A stretch of DNA of 64,000 nt from Eledone cirrhosa (GCA_964016885.1 OZ024755.1:25048001-25112000), one strand, 5' to 3'; positions 41,025 through 56,367 are shown, counted from the first letter of the stretch. The notes: generated from the sequence alone by a model not told the origin. Numbers and translations: made by a program.

Positions 41025-41092
41025 AAGAATGAGAGGACGGGCGCGTTGGAATTGGAAAACATGTCATATATATATATATTATAAAAACAGAT

Positions 41093-41435
41093 TAAAGTTT
41101 AAACAAAGAATCGGGCGGGTTTATATATATATATATCGATTGGTTATTGATTAGGCGATACCCGCTGATGAAGACGCATAAGCCGATTGTGCATTGTTGC
41201 ATAATATATGCATACAGATGGTGCAGTGCACCTTACTGCTGCATTAGTGCTGCAGAAACTCGAGTTCCCTGACTGGAGTTTCTGCAGAACTAATGCAGCA
41301 GTAAGGTGCACTGCACCAACTGTCTGCATATATTATGCAACAATGCACAATCGGCTTATGCGTCTTCATCAGTGGGTATCGCCTAATCAATCGATATATA
41401 TATATATATAAACCCGATTCTTTGTTTAAACTTTA
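41093..41435. repeat. Near-perfect ~340-bp palindrome
   Basis: Arms mirror around ~41268; the ORF track gives near-identical peptides on opposite strands. Confidence 0.95.
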
Positions 41436-41710
41436 TATATATATATATATATATTTGTTTAAACTATATATATATATATGTATATATACATACATACACA
41501 CATATATATATATATAAATATACACACACACATATATTTATATAGATATATATAGGCACCCGTATAACGTGTGTTGCGTTGAGGCAAATAACTATGTGTA
41601 TACTCTGGTAATGTATCTTACATTGCCCATTGAGTGCGCTGAGATACAACCGGTACTGGCATTGATAAATATGCTGGGTCCGTCAACCCTTATTATTATT
41701 ATATATATAA

Positions 41711-41902
41711 CGGTGGATTGGCAGTATCGGTAGAGCGTCGGACGCCATGCTTTCCAGCATAGTTACGTCCCTTTACGATCTGAGTTCAAATCCTGCCGAG
41801 GTTGACTTTGCCTTTCATCCTTACGTGGTCGATGAAATAAAGTACCAGTAATGCACTGGGTAATTGCTGGCCTTGTGCCTAAAGTAGAAACAATTATTAT
41901 TA
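41711..41902 (+). mobile_element. SINE family A
   Basis: Full-length copy. Confidence 0.9.
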
Positions 41903-42155
41903 TATATATATATAACCCTTATCGAGCCTTCTTCGGATTTTAGTCTGCACATTTCTTATTACTATATATATATATATCAACGTGGCAATATGCCTCTGGT
42001 CATATTATTCATTGTGTCACTATTACCTAACTTCTTGTGTTCACTCTGAGGAGAAATTTATTAACTACTCTATCATCGAGTGCTTTGTGACAGTCTTCCA
42101 AGATCGGTGCTAAACTGCGACTTGCAGCTGCAACTTCGATTATACTCATTACTAT

Positions 42156-42159
<4 letters not shown>

Positions 42160-42237
<78 letters not shown>

Positions 42238-42293
42238 GGGGAGGGTATGGGAGAGAGAGAGAGGGGGGGGTATGGGAGAGAGATATATAAGTG

Positions 42294-42336
<43 letters not shown>

Positions 42337-42497
42337 CGAAATGTATGTATGTATGTATGTAAATAGATATACATCGGTACATCACCCCTTTAAAATATTT
42401 GTATTAATTCAACTCATTCCTGTAAAGTTATTGCTCCTAACTACATTTCTATTGTCGTACATATGCATACATATATACATCCACACACACATAGATT

Positions 42498-42550
<53 letters not shown>

Positions 42551-42580
42551 GAAGAGAGAGAGAGAGAGAGAGAGAGGTGA

Positions 42581-42633
<53 letters not shown>

Positions 42634-42990
42634 TGAAGAGAGAGTGGTGAAGAGAGAGGTGAAGAGGGGGAGGGGTGAAGAGGGGGGGGGGGGAGAAATA
42701 GGTGGGAATGGGGGGGGAATGAGGGGAAGAGGGGGAAAGAGGGGGAGAGGTGGAAAGAGGGGGAGAGAGGTGAAGAGGGGGAAAGAGGGGGGGAGAGGGA
42801 AAGAGCGGGGAGAGAAGGGGAGAGAGGGAAAGAGGGGGGAGAGGGGGAAAGAGGGGGGAGAGGGGGAAAGAGGGGGGAGAGAGGGAAAGAGGGGAGAGAG
42901 AGAAATAGGTGGGAAAGAGGGGGAGAGAGAGGAAGAGGAGGGAGAGAGAGAAATAGGGGGAGGTGTGTGCGTGAGGGGGGAGGGGGGGAG
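42160..42990. repeat. (GA)n, (TG)n and G/A-rich low-complexity tract
   Basis: Purine-rich strand with many G runs. Confidence 0.9.
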
Positions 42991-43148
42991 ACAGATAGGG
43001 AGTGAAACATTTATACGAACATATACTTGCATATATATATGAACATACAGGTAAACATACTATGCATATATATACATATTTATATGTATACGTGCTTATA
43101 TATATATATATATGCACATACATGCATGTATTCATATATACATACATG

Positions 43149-43186
<38 letters not shown>

Positions 43187-43263
43187 TATATATATGTATA
43201 TATATACACAGTATATGTATGCATGTATGTAGATATGTACGTATACATGTATGCATGTATGTG

Positions 43264-43295
<32 letters not shown>

Positions 43296-43488
43296 AGCAC
43301 GTATGTATATATATATATATATACATACATACACATACATAAACATATACGTACCTGAATACATTCATATATATATATACATGCATAAAACATATATATA
43401 TATATATACATGCATAAAACATATATATATATATATATACATGCATAAAACATATATATATATATATATATATATATACATGCATAAA

Positions 43489-43519
<31 letters not shown>

Positions 43520-43879
43520 CATACATAAACATCATGCAGCAGAGACGGAGGGATGTTTTGAACACCCCCATGAGGTCGGGGGGTCGGGAGAGGGTGTGCA
43601 TGTAATTGCCCTCCCCCTACTGATAACAGTGCCCCCTACAGGGAAAATGGAACAAGAAAATGTAGACCTAGAATATATCGGGCTGTTCGTGTCAAGATGA
43701 CAGACAGCCGACTGCCTGTCATCTGGCAACAATGTCTAAGATTTCTATTTTATCTCTCTAGAAGATGTTGTCACAAACTAGATATATACCAGCATACCTC
43801 GTTAAATACACATACACACATTCACATCCACACACACTTACACACACACACATACACACGCATACACACATACGAATAT

Positions 43880-44733
43880 TTTAACCCTCTCATTACCATA
43901 TTCTTAATGAAAGACACTGTCTATATCTTTAACCCTTTTGTTACCATATTCCTAATGAAACACACTATCTATATCTTTAACCCTTTGTTACCATATTTCT
44001 AATGAAAGACACTACCTATATCTTTAACCTTTTCCTTCCCATATTTCTAATGAAAAACATTACCTATGTCTTTAACCCTTTCCTTACCATATTTCTAATG
44101 AAAGACACTGTCTATGTCTTTAAACCTCTCATTACCATATTTCTAATGAAAGACACTGCCTATGTCTTTAAACCTCTCATTACCATATTTCTAATGAAAG
44201 ACGCTGCCTCTGTCTTTAAACTTTTCCTTACCATATTTCTAATGAAAGACACTGCCTATGGTTTTCAATTCATAGCGATAATAATCAAGAAATTGGTGAG
44301 ATCTTATAATATACCTAACATTCTTTCAAATATATCTTAACGGTTCTGACATAAAATTATGATGATAGATTGTTTTCAGATGAATTTGAAAACTTTAGAA
44401 TACAAATTGTTTCGTAACACCAAAGGTAACATCAGCCGATTTCGTATAAAAAATGTTTAATTGGCAGGCCACATTAGATAATGTAGTTTTTGAAAATATG
44501 ATATGATTATCATGGCCTGAACACAGTTGTTCGTAGGTTAACTCCACTAAAGCATATGTTGTGTTTAAAAAGAACTGTTCTTGTTTTGTATTATAGAACT
44601 AGAGAGGTTTCCAATAGTTATTACATAACATTATTATGGAAAGATTTTAAATAAATAAAAGCACTTTAAAGAAAACAGTTTTGTATCTTGGAACCAAGGG
44701 CGGTTTCAGACGGTTTGGTATCAAAATAGTTAA
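43880..44733 (+). mobile_element. TTAA-type MITE with ~8 tandem copies of its 48-bp 5' terminus
   Basis: (ttaaccctYtcattaccatatttctaatgaaagacactgYctatgtct)n at 43880-44260; end motif cggtttggtatcaaaatagttaa. Confidence 0.65.
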
Positions 44734-44993
44734 AATAAGATTTTCCAAATATATTTACAGAAAAGCATAGAGGAGGGGAGAAAAACAGATGTTATTGTTA
44801 GGTACGTGGTAAATGTGAATCCAAAAAATCCAGACTACATTCTGGAGACAGTAATAATAATAATAATAATAATAGTAATAATAATAACAATAATAATAAT
44901 TAATATTATTTAACATATGGTATTATTGACATAACTATTACTATTACATAACAAAAAGACAAACAGAGAAAACACACATAGAAGCACACACAC

Positions 44994-45024
<31 letters not shown>

Positions 45025-45419
45025 TGTATGTATGTATGTATGTATGTATGTATGTATGTATGTATGTATGTATGTATGTATGTATTTCAAACGAGCCTAT
45101 TTAATCATTTGTTGTCTGTAGTGTGACGTGACTTATCTAATCAACAGAATATGTATGGAAGGAATCCCACAAGAGAGTAGATGTATGTCTATACATATGG
45201 TGATAGTAGTAGTAGTAAAGGTGGTGGTGTGGTGGTGGTGTGGTGGTGGTGTGGTGATAGTAATGGTGTTTTGGTATTAATAAACGTAATGGTGGGGGGG
45301 GGGGCCTTGTCACGGTAGTAGTAAAGTGGTGATAGTGAAGGTGATTTAGGTGTATGTAGTGGTGGTGATAGGTTTGGTATTAATAAGCGTGATGGTGGTG
45401 GTGGTTACGGTGGTAGTAA

Positions 45420-46243
45420 AGGTGGTGGTAGTGACAGTGATCTTGGTGTTGGTAGTAGTAGTGATGGCAGTAGTACTAGTGGTGGTAGTGACAGTGATTT
45501 GGTGTTGGTAGTAGTGATGGTAGTAGTACTAGTGGTGGTAGTGACAGTGATCTTGGTGTTGGTAGTAGTGATGGTAGTAGTACTAGTGGTGGTAGTGACA
45601 GTGATCTTGGTGATAATAGTGGTAGTGATGGTAGTAGTACTAGTGGTGGTAGTGACAGTGATCTTGGTGATAATAGTGGTAGTGATGGCAGTAGTACTAG
45701 TGGTGGTAGTGACTGTGATCTTGGTGATAATAGTGGTAGTGATGGTAGTAGTACTAGTGGTGGTAGTGACTGTGATCTTGGTGTTGGTAGTAGTGATGGT
45801 AGTAGTACTAGTGGTGGTAGTGACAGTGATCTTGGTGATAATAGTGGTAGTGATGGTAGTAGTACTAGTGGTGGTAGTGACAGTGATCTTGGTGATAATA
45901 GTGGTAGTGATGGTAGTAGTACTAGTGGTGGTAGTGACAGTGATTTGGTGATAATAGTGGTAGTGATGGTAGTAGTACTAGTGGTGGTAGTGACTGTGAT
46001 CTTGGTGATAATAGTGGTAGTGATGGTAGTAGTACTAGTGGTGGTAGTGACTGTGATCTTGGTGATAATAGTGGTAGTGATGGTAGTAGTACTAGTGGTG
46101 GTAGTGACAGTGATCTTGGTGATAATAGTGGTAGTGATGGTAGTAGTACTAGTGGTGGTAGTGACTGTGATCTTGGTGATAATAGTGGTAGTGATGGTAG
46201 TAGTACTAGTGGTGGTAGTGACAGTGATCTTGGTGATAATAGT
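45420..46243. repeat. 51-57-bp minisatellite
   Basis: gtagtagtactagtggtggtagtgacagtgatcttggtgataatagtggtagtgatg, about 14 copies. Confidence 0.95.
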
Positions 46244-47004
46244 GTAACATATATAAAGATATTCACCAGGCGACACATGATGCCTTCAATGTATAAAAGA
46301 CAGCCCCACAATTCCTCCCTGTTATCTCTATTTCACAGTAAAACACACCAAACCTTCTGTCATATATATATATATATATATCTATATCTATATCTATCTA
46401 TCTATCTATGCGTGCGTGTGGGCGCGCGTGCGTGTGCACGTGTGTAGGCTCATTTGATGTCTAAGACCATATATGTGATTGAGAAAGTTCTGTTAAAAGA
46501 ACAACTTAAGCTTGCACCACGTGAGTCGGGAGATCTAGAAAAATTCGTTTCCGGTTAGAAATTTCATTAAAAAAAATTGTTTCTCTTTTCACATCCAAAT
46601 TATTGTGTATTAAGAACATCTCTCTGTTTATTATCGTTTCAAGAAGTCCCCCAGAGGATAGAGGGACCCGTTTCTGGCAATGAATGTCAAATAAGAGTCT
46701 CTTTATTGAACCACATTATCATTGTGTATTTAGAATATATTCCTTCTACTTATCTTTATTTCATTTCGCTCAGTCGTGTGCTTTCCTCATTGGATTCGGT
46801 AAAGTGAAGAGAAAGGATAATATACTAAAGACCAGATCTAAACCATTGTCAGGAGTAAAAAGATGTGAAAGTGTTCAACCTCTAAATATTTTGCAAAGTT
46901 TTGCAAAATACACTACACACTAGGTAACACACATACAATTCTATTCTAAGTTGACTATACATCCTTCATTATGAGAGGTGAAAATGGTCCCCCCATCCAA
47001 ATCT

Positions 47005-47120
47005 CCATGCTGAATCTCCCTGAGAATTACGTTGAGGATACAGGTGTCTGCGGAATGCTCAGCAACTTGCCCCTTAATCTCACGAGTAGGCTGTTCCGTT
47101 ATCGAACGACTGGAATACGT
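47005..47120. repeat. Dispersed repeat family
   Basis: gctgaatctccctgagaattacgttgagg...; degenerate copies at 23068-23185 and 27793-27940. Confidence 0.6.
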
Positions 47121-47146
47121 AATGCCGGGACCTTATGACGTGCATA

Positions 47147-47239
<93 letters not shown>

Positions 47240-47349
47240 AACACATTCCCCTCAATTGCCCCCCAGTTTTGCTAAATAGTATCCCTTGGGATTAGCCAAT
47301 GTTTCTAAGTATTTCTATATTTTCTGATCCATGGCGGATTACGCCATTG

Positions 47350-47538
47350 TGGCGTGGCAGAATCGGTAGAGGGTCTGACACCATGCTTTGCAGCAAAGAG
47401 TTACGGCCCTTGCCATTCAGAGTTCAAATCCCGCCCAGGTTAACTTTGCCTTTCATCCTTACGGGGTCGATAAAATAAAGTACCAGTAATGCACTGGGAT
47501 AATTGCTGGCCTTGTGCCAAAAGTAGAAACAATTATTA
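47350..47538 (+). mobile_element. SINE family A
   Basis: Full-length copy. Confidence 0.9.
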
Positions 47539-47587
47539 ATCTAAGTAGTGTTCTTGGCGCAGACTCATACACACATACACAAACCTA

Positions 47588-47639
47588 CGTTAAGGGTGAA
47601 AGCAGCGATTCTTTGCTTAAACTTTAATCTGTTATTTTA

Positions 47640-47693
<54 letters not shown>

Positions 47694-47829
47694 CCCCGTA
47701 TATCAATCAATCACTCCCGGGTCTTTCCTCATTTGTCTCTGAGATTGAATACGTAGTTCTTGCCTGATGACCCTTTGAGAAGCAGGCGAATCCCCAGAGT
47801 AACAAGACTCACTATTACGCCTTAATAAA

Positions 47830-47892
<63 letters not shown>

Positions 47893-48227
47893 CATACATA
47901 CACACACACACATATATATAGAACTACAAAGTTACTAAGACAAAACATATATATCTGCTAGCGTAGGTATGCATCTGTATACATATGTCGGTAGATATAT
48001 TAATTCTTTATATATATATATATACACACACACACTTACACACATACATAGACACACACACACACAGTTGTCACTCATCCAGCATATATATTTCATGAGA
48101 AATGTTACTATACGTGTTACAAGTAACATGTTTGTTCACTGCGTATGAATCACAATGAAACTATAGTTAACCTGTGTTCTCATTCTGGTGACTGTTTGCA
48201 ACGGCACACCCCGTAACTCTCCTTCTC

Positions 48228-48274
<47 letters not shown>

Positions 48275-48699
48275 GAAAATCATGGGCGTAGGTGGTGAGA
48301 GCAGACCCCAGAAGCTCACGGAGGAGATGACAAAGAACTGTGACGAATGGAGAGATGCTGTGCTTAATAGAACCCGTCTTATCCTTCCAAGCAGGGAAAA
48401 GCGAACGTAAAATGATGATGATGATGATGAATATTAGTAATAAATGAAAGATATACACTTTATGTCATCTCTATTTATTTCATTATATATATTTCGAATA
48501 TATAAAGTTGTATGTATTACATGAAGGAAAACATGTTCTGCTCAGACAAAGTACATAGAAAATGTATAATTTCTTCCAGATATGCTGATAGACAAACGAA
48601 CTGGACAGATCGATGACCACCAGGCATATATATATATGTGTGTGTGTGTGGTGTGTGGTGTGTGGTGTGTGGTGTGTGGTGTGTGTGTGTGTATGCGTG

Positions 48700-48742
<43 letters not shown>

Positions 48743-48906
48743 ATGTATGTATATATATATATATATACATTTTATTAAGGCGTAATAGTGAGTCTTGTTA
48801 CTCTGGGGATTCGCCTGCTTCTCAAAGGGTCATCAGGCAAGAACTAGATATTCAATCTCAGAGACAAATGAGGAAAGACTCGGGAGTGATTGATTGATAT
48901 ACGGGG

Positions 48907-48973
<67 letters not shown>

Positions 48974-49020
48974 TAACAGATTAAAGTTTAAGCAAAGAAT
49001 CGCTGCTTTCACCCTTAACG
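47588..49020. repeat. Inverted duplication, ~300-bp arms, ~800-bp spacer
   Basis: 47588-~47915 is the reverse complement of ~48720-49020, including the (TA)n tracts. Confidence 0.92.
48272..48430 (+). mobile_element. RTE-like LINE 3' end with (TGA)n tail
   Basis: ..VVRADP.KLTEEMTKNCDEWRDAVLNRTR.. followed by atgatgatgatg. Confidence 0.6.
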
Positions 49021-49186
49021 GGATCTTCTGAAACTAACAAAGTCAATCTGTAAACGCAGAAGTGGATATTTCAAAAAACGTTGCAACCGGAGGAAGACAG
49101 GAAGACGATACTTTGGTTCGTGGAAACGTCCCCTATGCAAATCAGTAATGGTATAAACATAACATATACTTACCTACAACATCAAG

Positions 49187-49395
49187 ACGTAAAATATCCA
49201 CGTATAGATCGAACTATCCGTTAGGGTATAATGTGGGGCTGTAATACAGGAAAGTTTTGTGCAATTTATGTTTACAAGCCGAAATTGCCTCAGATTTTTT
49301 GTTTAAGATGTGGTCTGTGGCGTAGAGTATTTCCAGGGCCTCAGCTAGGGCTAGATCGTATAACGGAAATAAAAGACCATGTGACCTCTGCGCCG
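49187..49395 (-). mobile_element. PLE (Neptune-type) fragment with 5' inversion
   Basis: 49187-49345 is the reverse complement of 2026-2183; 49343-49395 is a forward, identical copy of 1974-2026. Confidence 0.85.
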
Positions 49396-50050
49396 TATAT
49401 ATATATATTTATATACATATATACATACACACATATATATGTATATTTATATACATATATACATACACACATATATATGTATATTTATATACATATATAC
49501 ATACACACATATATATGTATATTTATATACATATATACATACACACATATATATGTATATTTATATACATATATATATACACACATATATATGTATATTT
49601 ATATACATATATATATACACACATATATATATATTTATATACACATATACATATATATATACACATATACATATAAACATATAAATATATATACATATAT
49701 ATACATAAACATATATATATATATATGAATATATACATATACATATATACATATATATATATGAATATATATATATATACATATATATATACACCTATAT
49801 ACACATATATATATACATACATATACATATATATATACATACATATACATATACACCTATATACACATATATATATATATACATATACATATACACCTAT
49901 ATACACATATATATATATATACATATACATATACACCTATATACACATATATATATATATACATATACATATATATACATATATAAATACATACATATAC
50001 ATATACATATATACATACATATACATATATATATACATATACATATACAT

Positions 50051-50081
<31 letters not shown>

Positions 50082-50224
50082 CATATATATATATACATAT
50101 ACATATATATGTATACATATACATATACATATATATATACATATATATACATATATATACATATATATATACATATATACATATATATATACATATATAC
50201 ATATATATACATATATATATATAC

Positions 50225-50265
<41 letters not shown>

Positions 50266-50449
50266 TATACATATATATACATATATATATATACATATAT
50301 ATACATATATATATATACATACATATATATATATACGTATATACACATATATATATATACATACATATATATATACATATATACATATACATATATACAT
50401 ATACATATATACATACATATACATATATACATACATATACATATATACA

Positions 50450-50480
<31 letters not shown>

Positions 50481-50588
50481 ATATATACATATATACATAT
50501 TCATATATATATACATATACATATATACATATATATATACATATATACATATATATATATATATACATACATATATATATATACATAC

Positions 50589-50621
<33 letters not shown>

Positions 50622-50778
50622 CATACATATATATATATACATACATACATATATATATACATATATATATATATATACATATATACATATTCATATATAT
50701 ATACATATACATATATACATATATATATACATATATACATATATATATATATATACATACATATATATATATACATAC

Positions 50779-50811
<33 letters not shown>

Positions 50812-50886
50812 CATACATATATATATATACATACATACATATATATATACATATATATATATATATACATACATATATATATATAC

Positions 50887-50931
<45 letters not shown>

Positions 50932-51705
50932 CATATACATACATACATATACATACATATATATATATACATATATATATATATACATATACATACATAC
51001 ATATACATACATATATATATATATACATATATATATATACATATATATATATACATATATATATACATACATATATATATATACATATATATATATACAT
51101 ATATGTATATATATACATATACATACATATATATATATACATATATATATATACATATATATATATACATATATATATATACATATATATATATATACAT
51201 ATATATATATACATATATATATATACATATATATATATACATATATATATATACATATATATATATACATATATATATATACATATATATATATACATAT
51301 ATATATATACATATATATATATACATATACACATATATATATATACATATATATATACATATATATATATACATATACACATATATATATATACATATAT
51401 ATATATACATATATATATATACATATACACATATATATACATATATATATATACATATACACATATATATATATACATATATATATATACATATATATAT
51501 ATACATATACACATATATATACATATATATATATACATATTTATATATAATATATATATATATATACATATATATACATATATATACATATATACACATA
51601 TATATATATATATACATATATATACATATATATATATACACATATATATATACATATACATACATATATATATATACACATATATATATACATATACATA
51701 TATAC

Positions 51706-51737
<32 letters not shown>

Positions 51738-51960
51738 TTATATACATATACATATATATATATTTATATACATATATATATATATTTATATACATATATA
51801 TATATATTTATATACATATATATATATATTTATATACATATACATATATATATATTTATATACATATATATATATTTATATACATATATTATATACATAT
51901 ATATATATATTATATACATATATATATATTATATACATATACATATATATATATATATAT
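49396..51960. repeat. 2.5-kb compound (TA)n/(TACA) microsatellite
   Basis: Low complexity. Confidence 0.97.
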
Positions 51961-51961
51961 A

Positions 51962-52060
51962 CAGGATTTGCGAAAAAATGTATACACACTTTGATTACCT
52001 GTAGAGGCAATATTTATTAGAATGCTGTTGTAGTGTGTATACATTTTTTGGGACATCCTA
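51962..52060. mobile_element. Tc1/mariner-type MITE
   Basis: TA|caggatttgcgaaaaaatgtatacacact ... agtgtgtatacattttttgggacatccta|TA; ~29-bp TIRs. Confidence 0.75.
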
Positions 52061-52410
52061 TATATATATAATATATATATATATATAATATATATATATA
52101 TAATATATATATAATATATATATATAATATATATATATAATATATATATATAATATATATATATAATATATATATATAATATATATATATAATATATATA
52201 TATAATATATATATATAATATATATATATTAGTAAAAGGAAAAGAAAATGCTGACAAATTTTTCCCAGTGAAAAATAGTTTAATTAGGAATAAGTATAAA
52301 TTAGTAATAAGTATTGGTTAGTATTCAGTTTTAGTTTTAAGTTTTTACCGGCTGCGCATTTCTAATGCTTTTCAAAAATAATTTTGAGAAAGAGCGCTCG
52401 TGATGTTTGC

Positions 52411-52447
<37 letters not shown>

Positions 52448-52737
52448 TACTTCATACACAGGTTATCACAATTGTTGATTCAATTTTCAGTCCTGTTAAC
52501 GTCGGTGGTTGCTAAGATTGGCACACGGCCATTAATATGTGTTTTATCTGATTCCGCTGACCCAGCCGATTACATATCTGGTACTTATTTTGGCACAAGA
52601 CCATATATTTTTGTTGGTGAATGAGTTAGGAGATCCGTGTACGTGTGTCCGTGTCCCGGGTTCAATCAGGGTTAACGGCAGTAAGTAAGGTACTCAATAC
52701 ATAGAAGAGTTTATACAATATTTAATATAGAAACGGG

Positions 52738-52855
52738 TTTTAGCCTGATAGTGGGGTTTAGAACCCTCTAAGAAATTGATAAAGATGAGTATTGGCGTCA
52801 ATACTGATATTTTTTCATTTCTTAGAGGGTTCTAAACCCCACTATCAGGCTAAAA
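52738..52855. repeat. Fold-back hairpin (~40-bp perfect outer arms)
   Basis: ttttagcctgatagtggggtttagaaccctctaagaaat ... atttcttagagggttctaaaccccactatcaggctaaaa. Confidence 0.93.
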
Positions 52856-52893
52856 TTTCTTTAGTCAAAAAATACTGCGAAAGCTTCTATTTC

Positions 52894-53783
<890 letters not shown>

Positions 53784-53944
53784 TTTATAAAGAATAAGAA
53801 ACACCAAAGAGTCAATATGCTATCAAACTAGTGACTGGTGTTTCTTATTCTTTATATATGAGCTCCGCATGAACCCTGAGCTTTAAACTCTCTGGTTCAG
53901 TCTATATCCAATAATAGCAACACTTATTATTATTAAAGTTACAG

Positions 53945-54140
53945 GGAGGTGGATTGGCAGTATCGGTAGAGGGCTGGATGCCATGCTTTGCAGCACAGAG
54001 TTACGGCCCTTTAAGGTCTCAGTTCAAATCCCGCCGAGGTTAACTTTGCCTTTCATCCTTACGAGGTCGATAAAATAAAGTACCAGTAATACACAGGAAT
54101 AATTGCTGGCCTTGTGCCAAAAGTAGAAACAATTATTATT
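53945..54140 (+). mobile_element. SINE family A
   Basis: Full-length copy. Confidence 0.9.
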
Positions 54141-54496
54141 AAAGTTATATATATATAAAGTTATATATATATATATTGATTCCAGAGTCGGGCTAGGTCG
54201 AATCAGATCGAACCTCAATAAACGTAATGAAGACATAACAAATCGTCCTTTTTGAAATATACAGACAATCTTCACTATAGTTGTGTATACTGGTATTATA
54301 TTTGAAATATATAGACAATCTTCACTATATTTGGATATATTGCTATTACATTGGATATATATAGACAATCTTCACTATGCTTTCCCCGTTTGGATTCTTC
54401 ACCAATTCCAAGTAAAGAACCTCATCTTTCAGAACCTCATCTTTCAGAATCACTGCTTGATTACTTGTAGTTAATGTGATTAGCGTTTCAGTAAAG

Positions 54497-55206
54497 TCGT
54501 GTGGCTTCGTTGTTGGGGTGATTGGTTCACTATCCCAAGTTATTGAGTTCGATTTCCTAAATCCGTTGTGTTTGTGTTCACGTTGTTCCAGAGCAAGACC
54601 CTTTATTTCACGTTGCTCCAGTCCACTGTGTCCTTGAGCAAGACACTTTCTTTCAAGTTGCTCCAATCCATTGTGTCCTTAGGCAAAATACTTTATTTCA
54701 CGTTGGTCCAGTCGTGTCCTTGAGCAAGAAACTTTACTTCAGGTTGCTCCGGTCCATTGTGTCATTAAGCAAGACACTATTTCACGTTGCTCCAGTCCAT
54801 TGTGTCCTTAAGCAAGACTATTTCACGTTGCTCCAGTCCACTGTGTCCTTGAACAAGACACTTTCCTTCAAGCTGCTCCAATCCATTGTATCCTTAGGCA
54901 AAATAACTTATTTCATGTTGCTCCAGTCCACTGTGTCCTTAAGCAAGACTATTTCACATTGCTCCAGTCCACTGTATCCTTAAGCAAAACATTTTATTTC
55001 CGATTGCTCCAGTCCACTGTGTCCTTAAGCAAGACCCTTTATTTCACGTTACTCCACTCCACTGTGCCCTTCAGCAAGACACTTTACTTCACGTTGCTCC
55101 AGTCTACTATGTCCTTCAGCAAGACACTTTACTTCACGTTGTTCCAGTCTACTGTGTCCTTAAGCAAGACACTTTACTTCACGTGCTCCAATCCACTCAG
55201 CTGGCA
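54497..55206 (+). mobile_element. SINE family B with ~45-bp core tandemly amplified about 14 times
   Basis: tRNA-like head (gtggcttcgttg..gagttcgattt), then (gtgtccttgagcaagacactttatttcacgttgctccagtccact)n, resuming at cagctggc. Confidence 0.8.
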
Positions 55207-56199
55207 AAAATTATTTGAACCCGTTATTTAGTGTACAGTTATAATATATAGATTTACATTACATTTCTTTTTTCACATTGTTTATTTACCTCTCCCTCCT
55301 TTCCCTAAACACACACACTGCGAAATGCTGTGACGGTGTGAATAATATTTGAAATGAATATAGTACTACTTAAAGGATCTATACTATCTCAGTTTACTGT
55401 GATATTATACCTCATCCCCTCCTTCATCTTCTCCCCCATCTGCTTCTCCCCACCCCCCTCCTCAGTTAAATATATCCGTTACAGGTTATACTATCTCATC
55501 TTATACGTCTTGTACAATATATAAACATCTTGTGCAAGATAGATTCCCAAATTGGTAATGTATTAAATGCATAATTGTGTACGTAAAACGTAAGTATGTG
55601 TGTGTATAAATGTAGCTACATCTGTTGTGCGTCTATGTGTGTACGAGTGTATGTGTCTGTGTGTCTCTGTAATTGTCTGTTGTGTGCCTCTGTGTATCTG
55701 TGTGTACACATGTATGTGCGTGTGACGAAGATTTAGGTTGCAGTATAAAGAAATTACTCTGACGTCAGAAAAAAAAAAGCAAAAAGCAAAAAAAAAAAAA
55801 ACAGAAATCCTTTACAGTGTAAGATTTCTAGACAGCATAGGCTGAGATATTCTTTTAGCCATCTGTCATTCCCCTTAAATAAAGAATAGGCAACTTAATA
55901 TTGAAATTACCATTTACAATTTTCTAACTCTTCTTTACAAATATTTTTTTTATTTCATACTTTCTAAATGTTTTTACATATATGTTCTTTTCTGTTCAGT
56001 CAAAAAATTTCAGTATTAATTTCATAACAGATAATAATCCATATGCTCTAATTTTAAAATTAATATTGTTTATAGAGTAGGGGCTCTTAAGCCCTAGTAA
56101 AGTCGAAAGAGTGCCGCCCTGATACACGGCATTTCTTCTGGATTTAAAACATTGTGGAGCCCATCCCTCTCCAGGCGAAAAAGGTGTGGGATGATTAGA

Positions 56200-56345
56200 G
56201 ATGAGGGAAGAATCGACCACAGGATTAAACTGGTACTTTATTTATCCACCGAGAAAGGGTGAAAGACAAAGTTGACCTCAGCCAGATTTCAACTCAGAGC
56301 GCAGTGAGCCGGAACAAACAACGTGGCACTTTTAATGCGATGCCT
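56200..56345 (-). mobile_element. Degenerate SINE family A
   Basis: actggtactttattt...gaaagacaaagttgacctcagccagatttcaactcag. Confidence 0.7.
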
Positions 56346-56367
56346 TAAGGACTGTAAATTCGATGCC

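Noticed and set aside
45476-46276. Thr-rich mucin-like or Val-rich ORFs
   Set aside because: Translation of a 57-bp minisatellite that contains a frameshifting unit; no gene context.
49725-52004. Long Y/I/H/T ORFs here and at 2.7, 19, 40, 43 and 61 kb
   Set aside because: Translated dinucleotide microsatellites.
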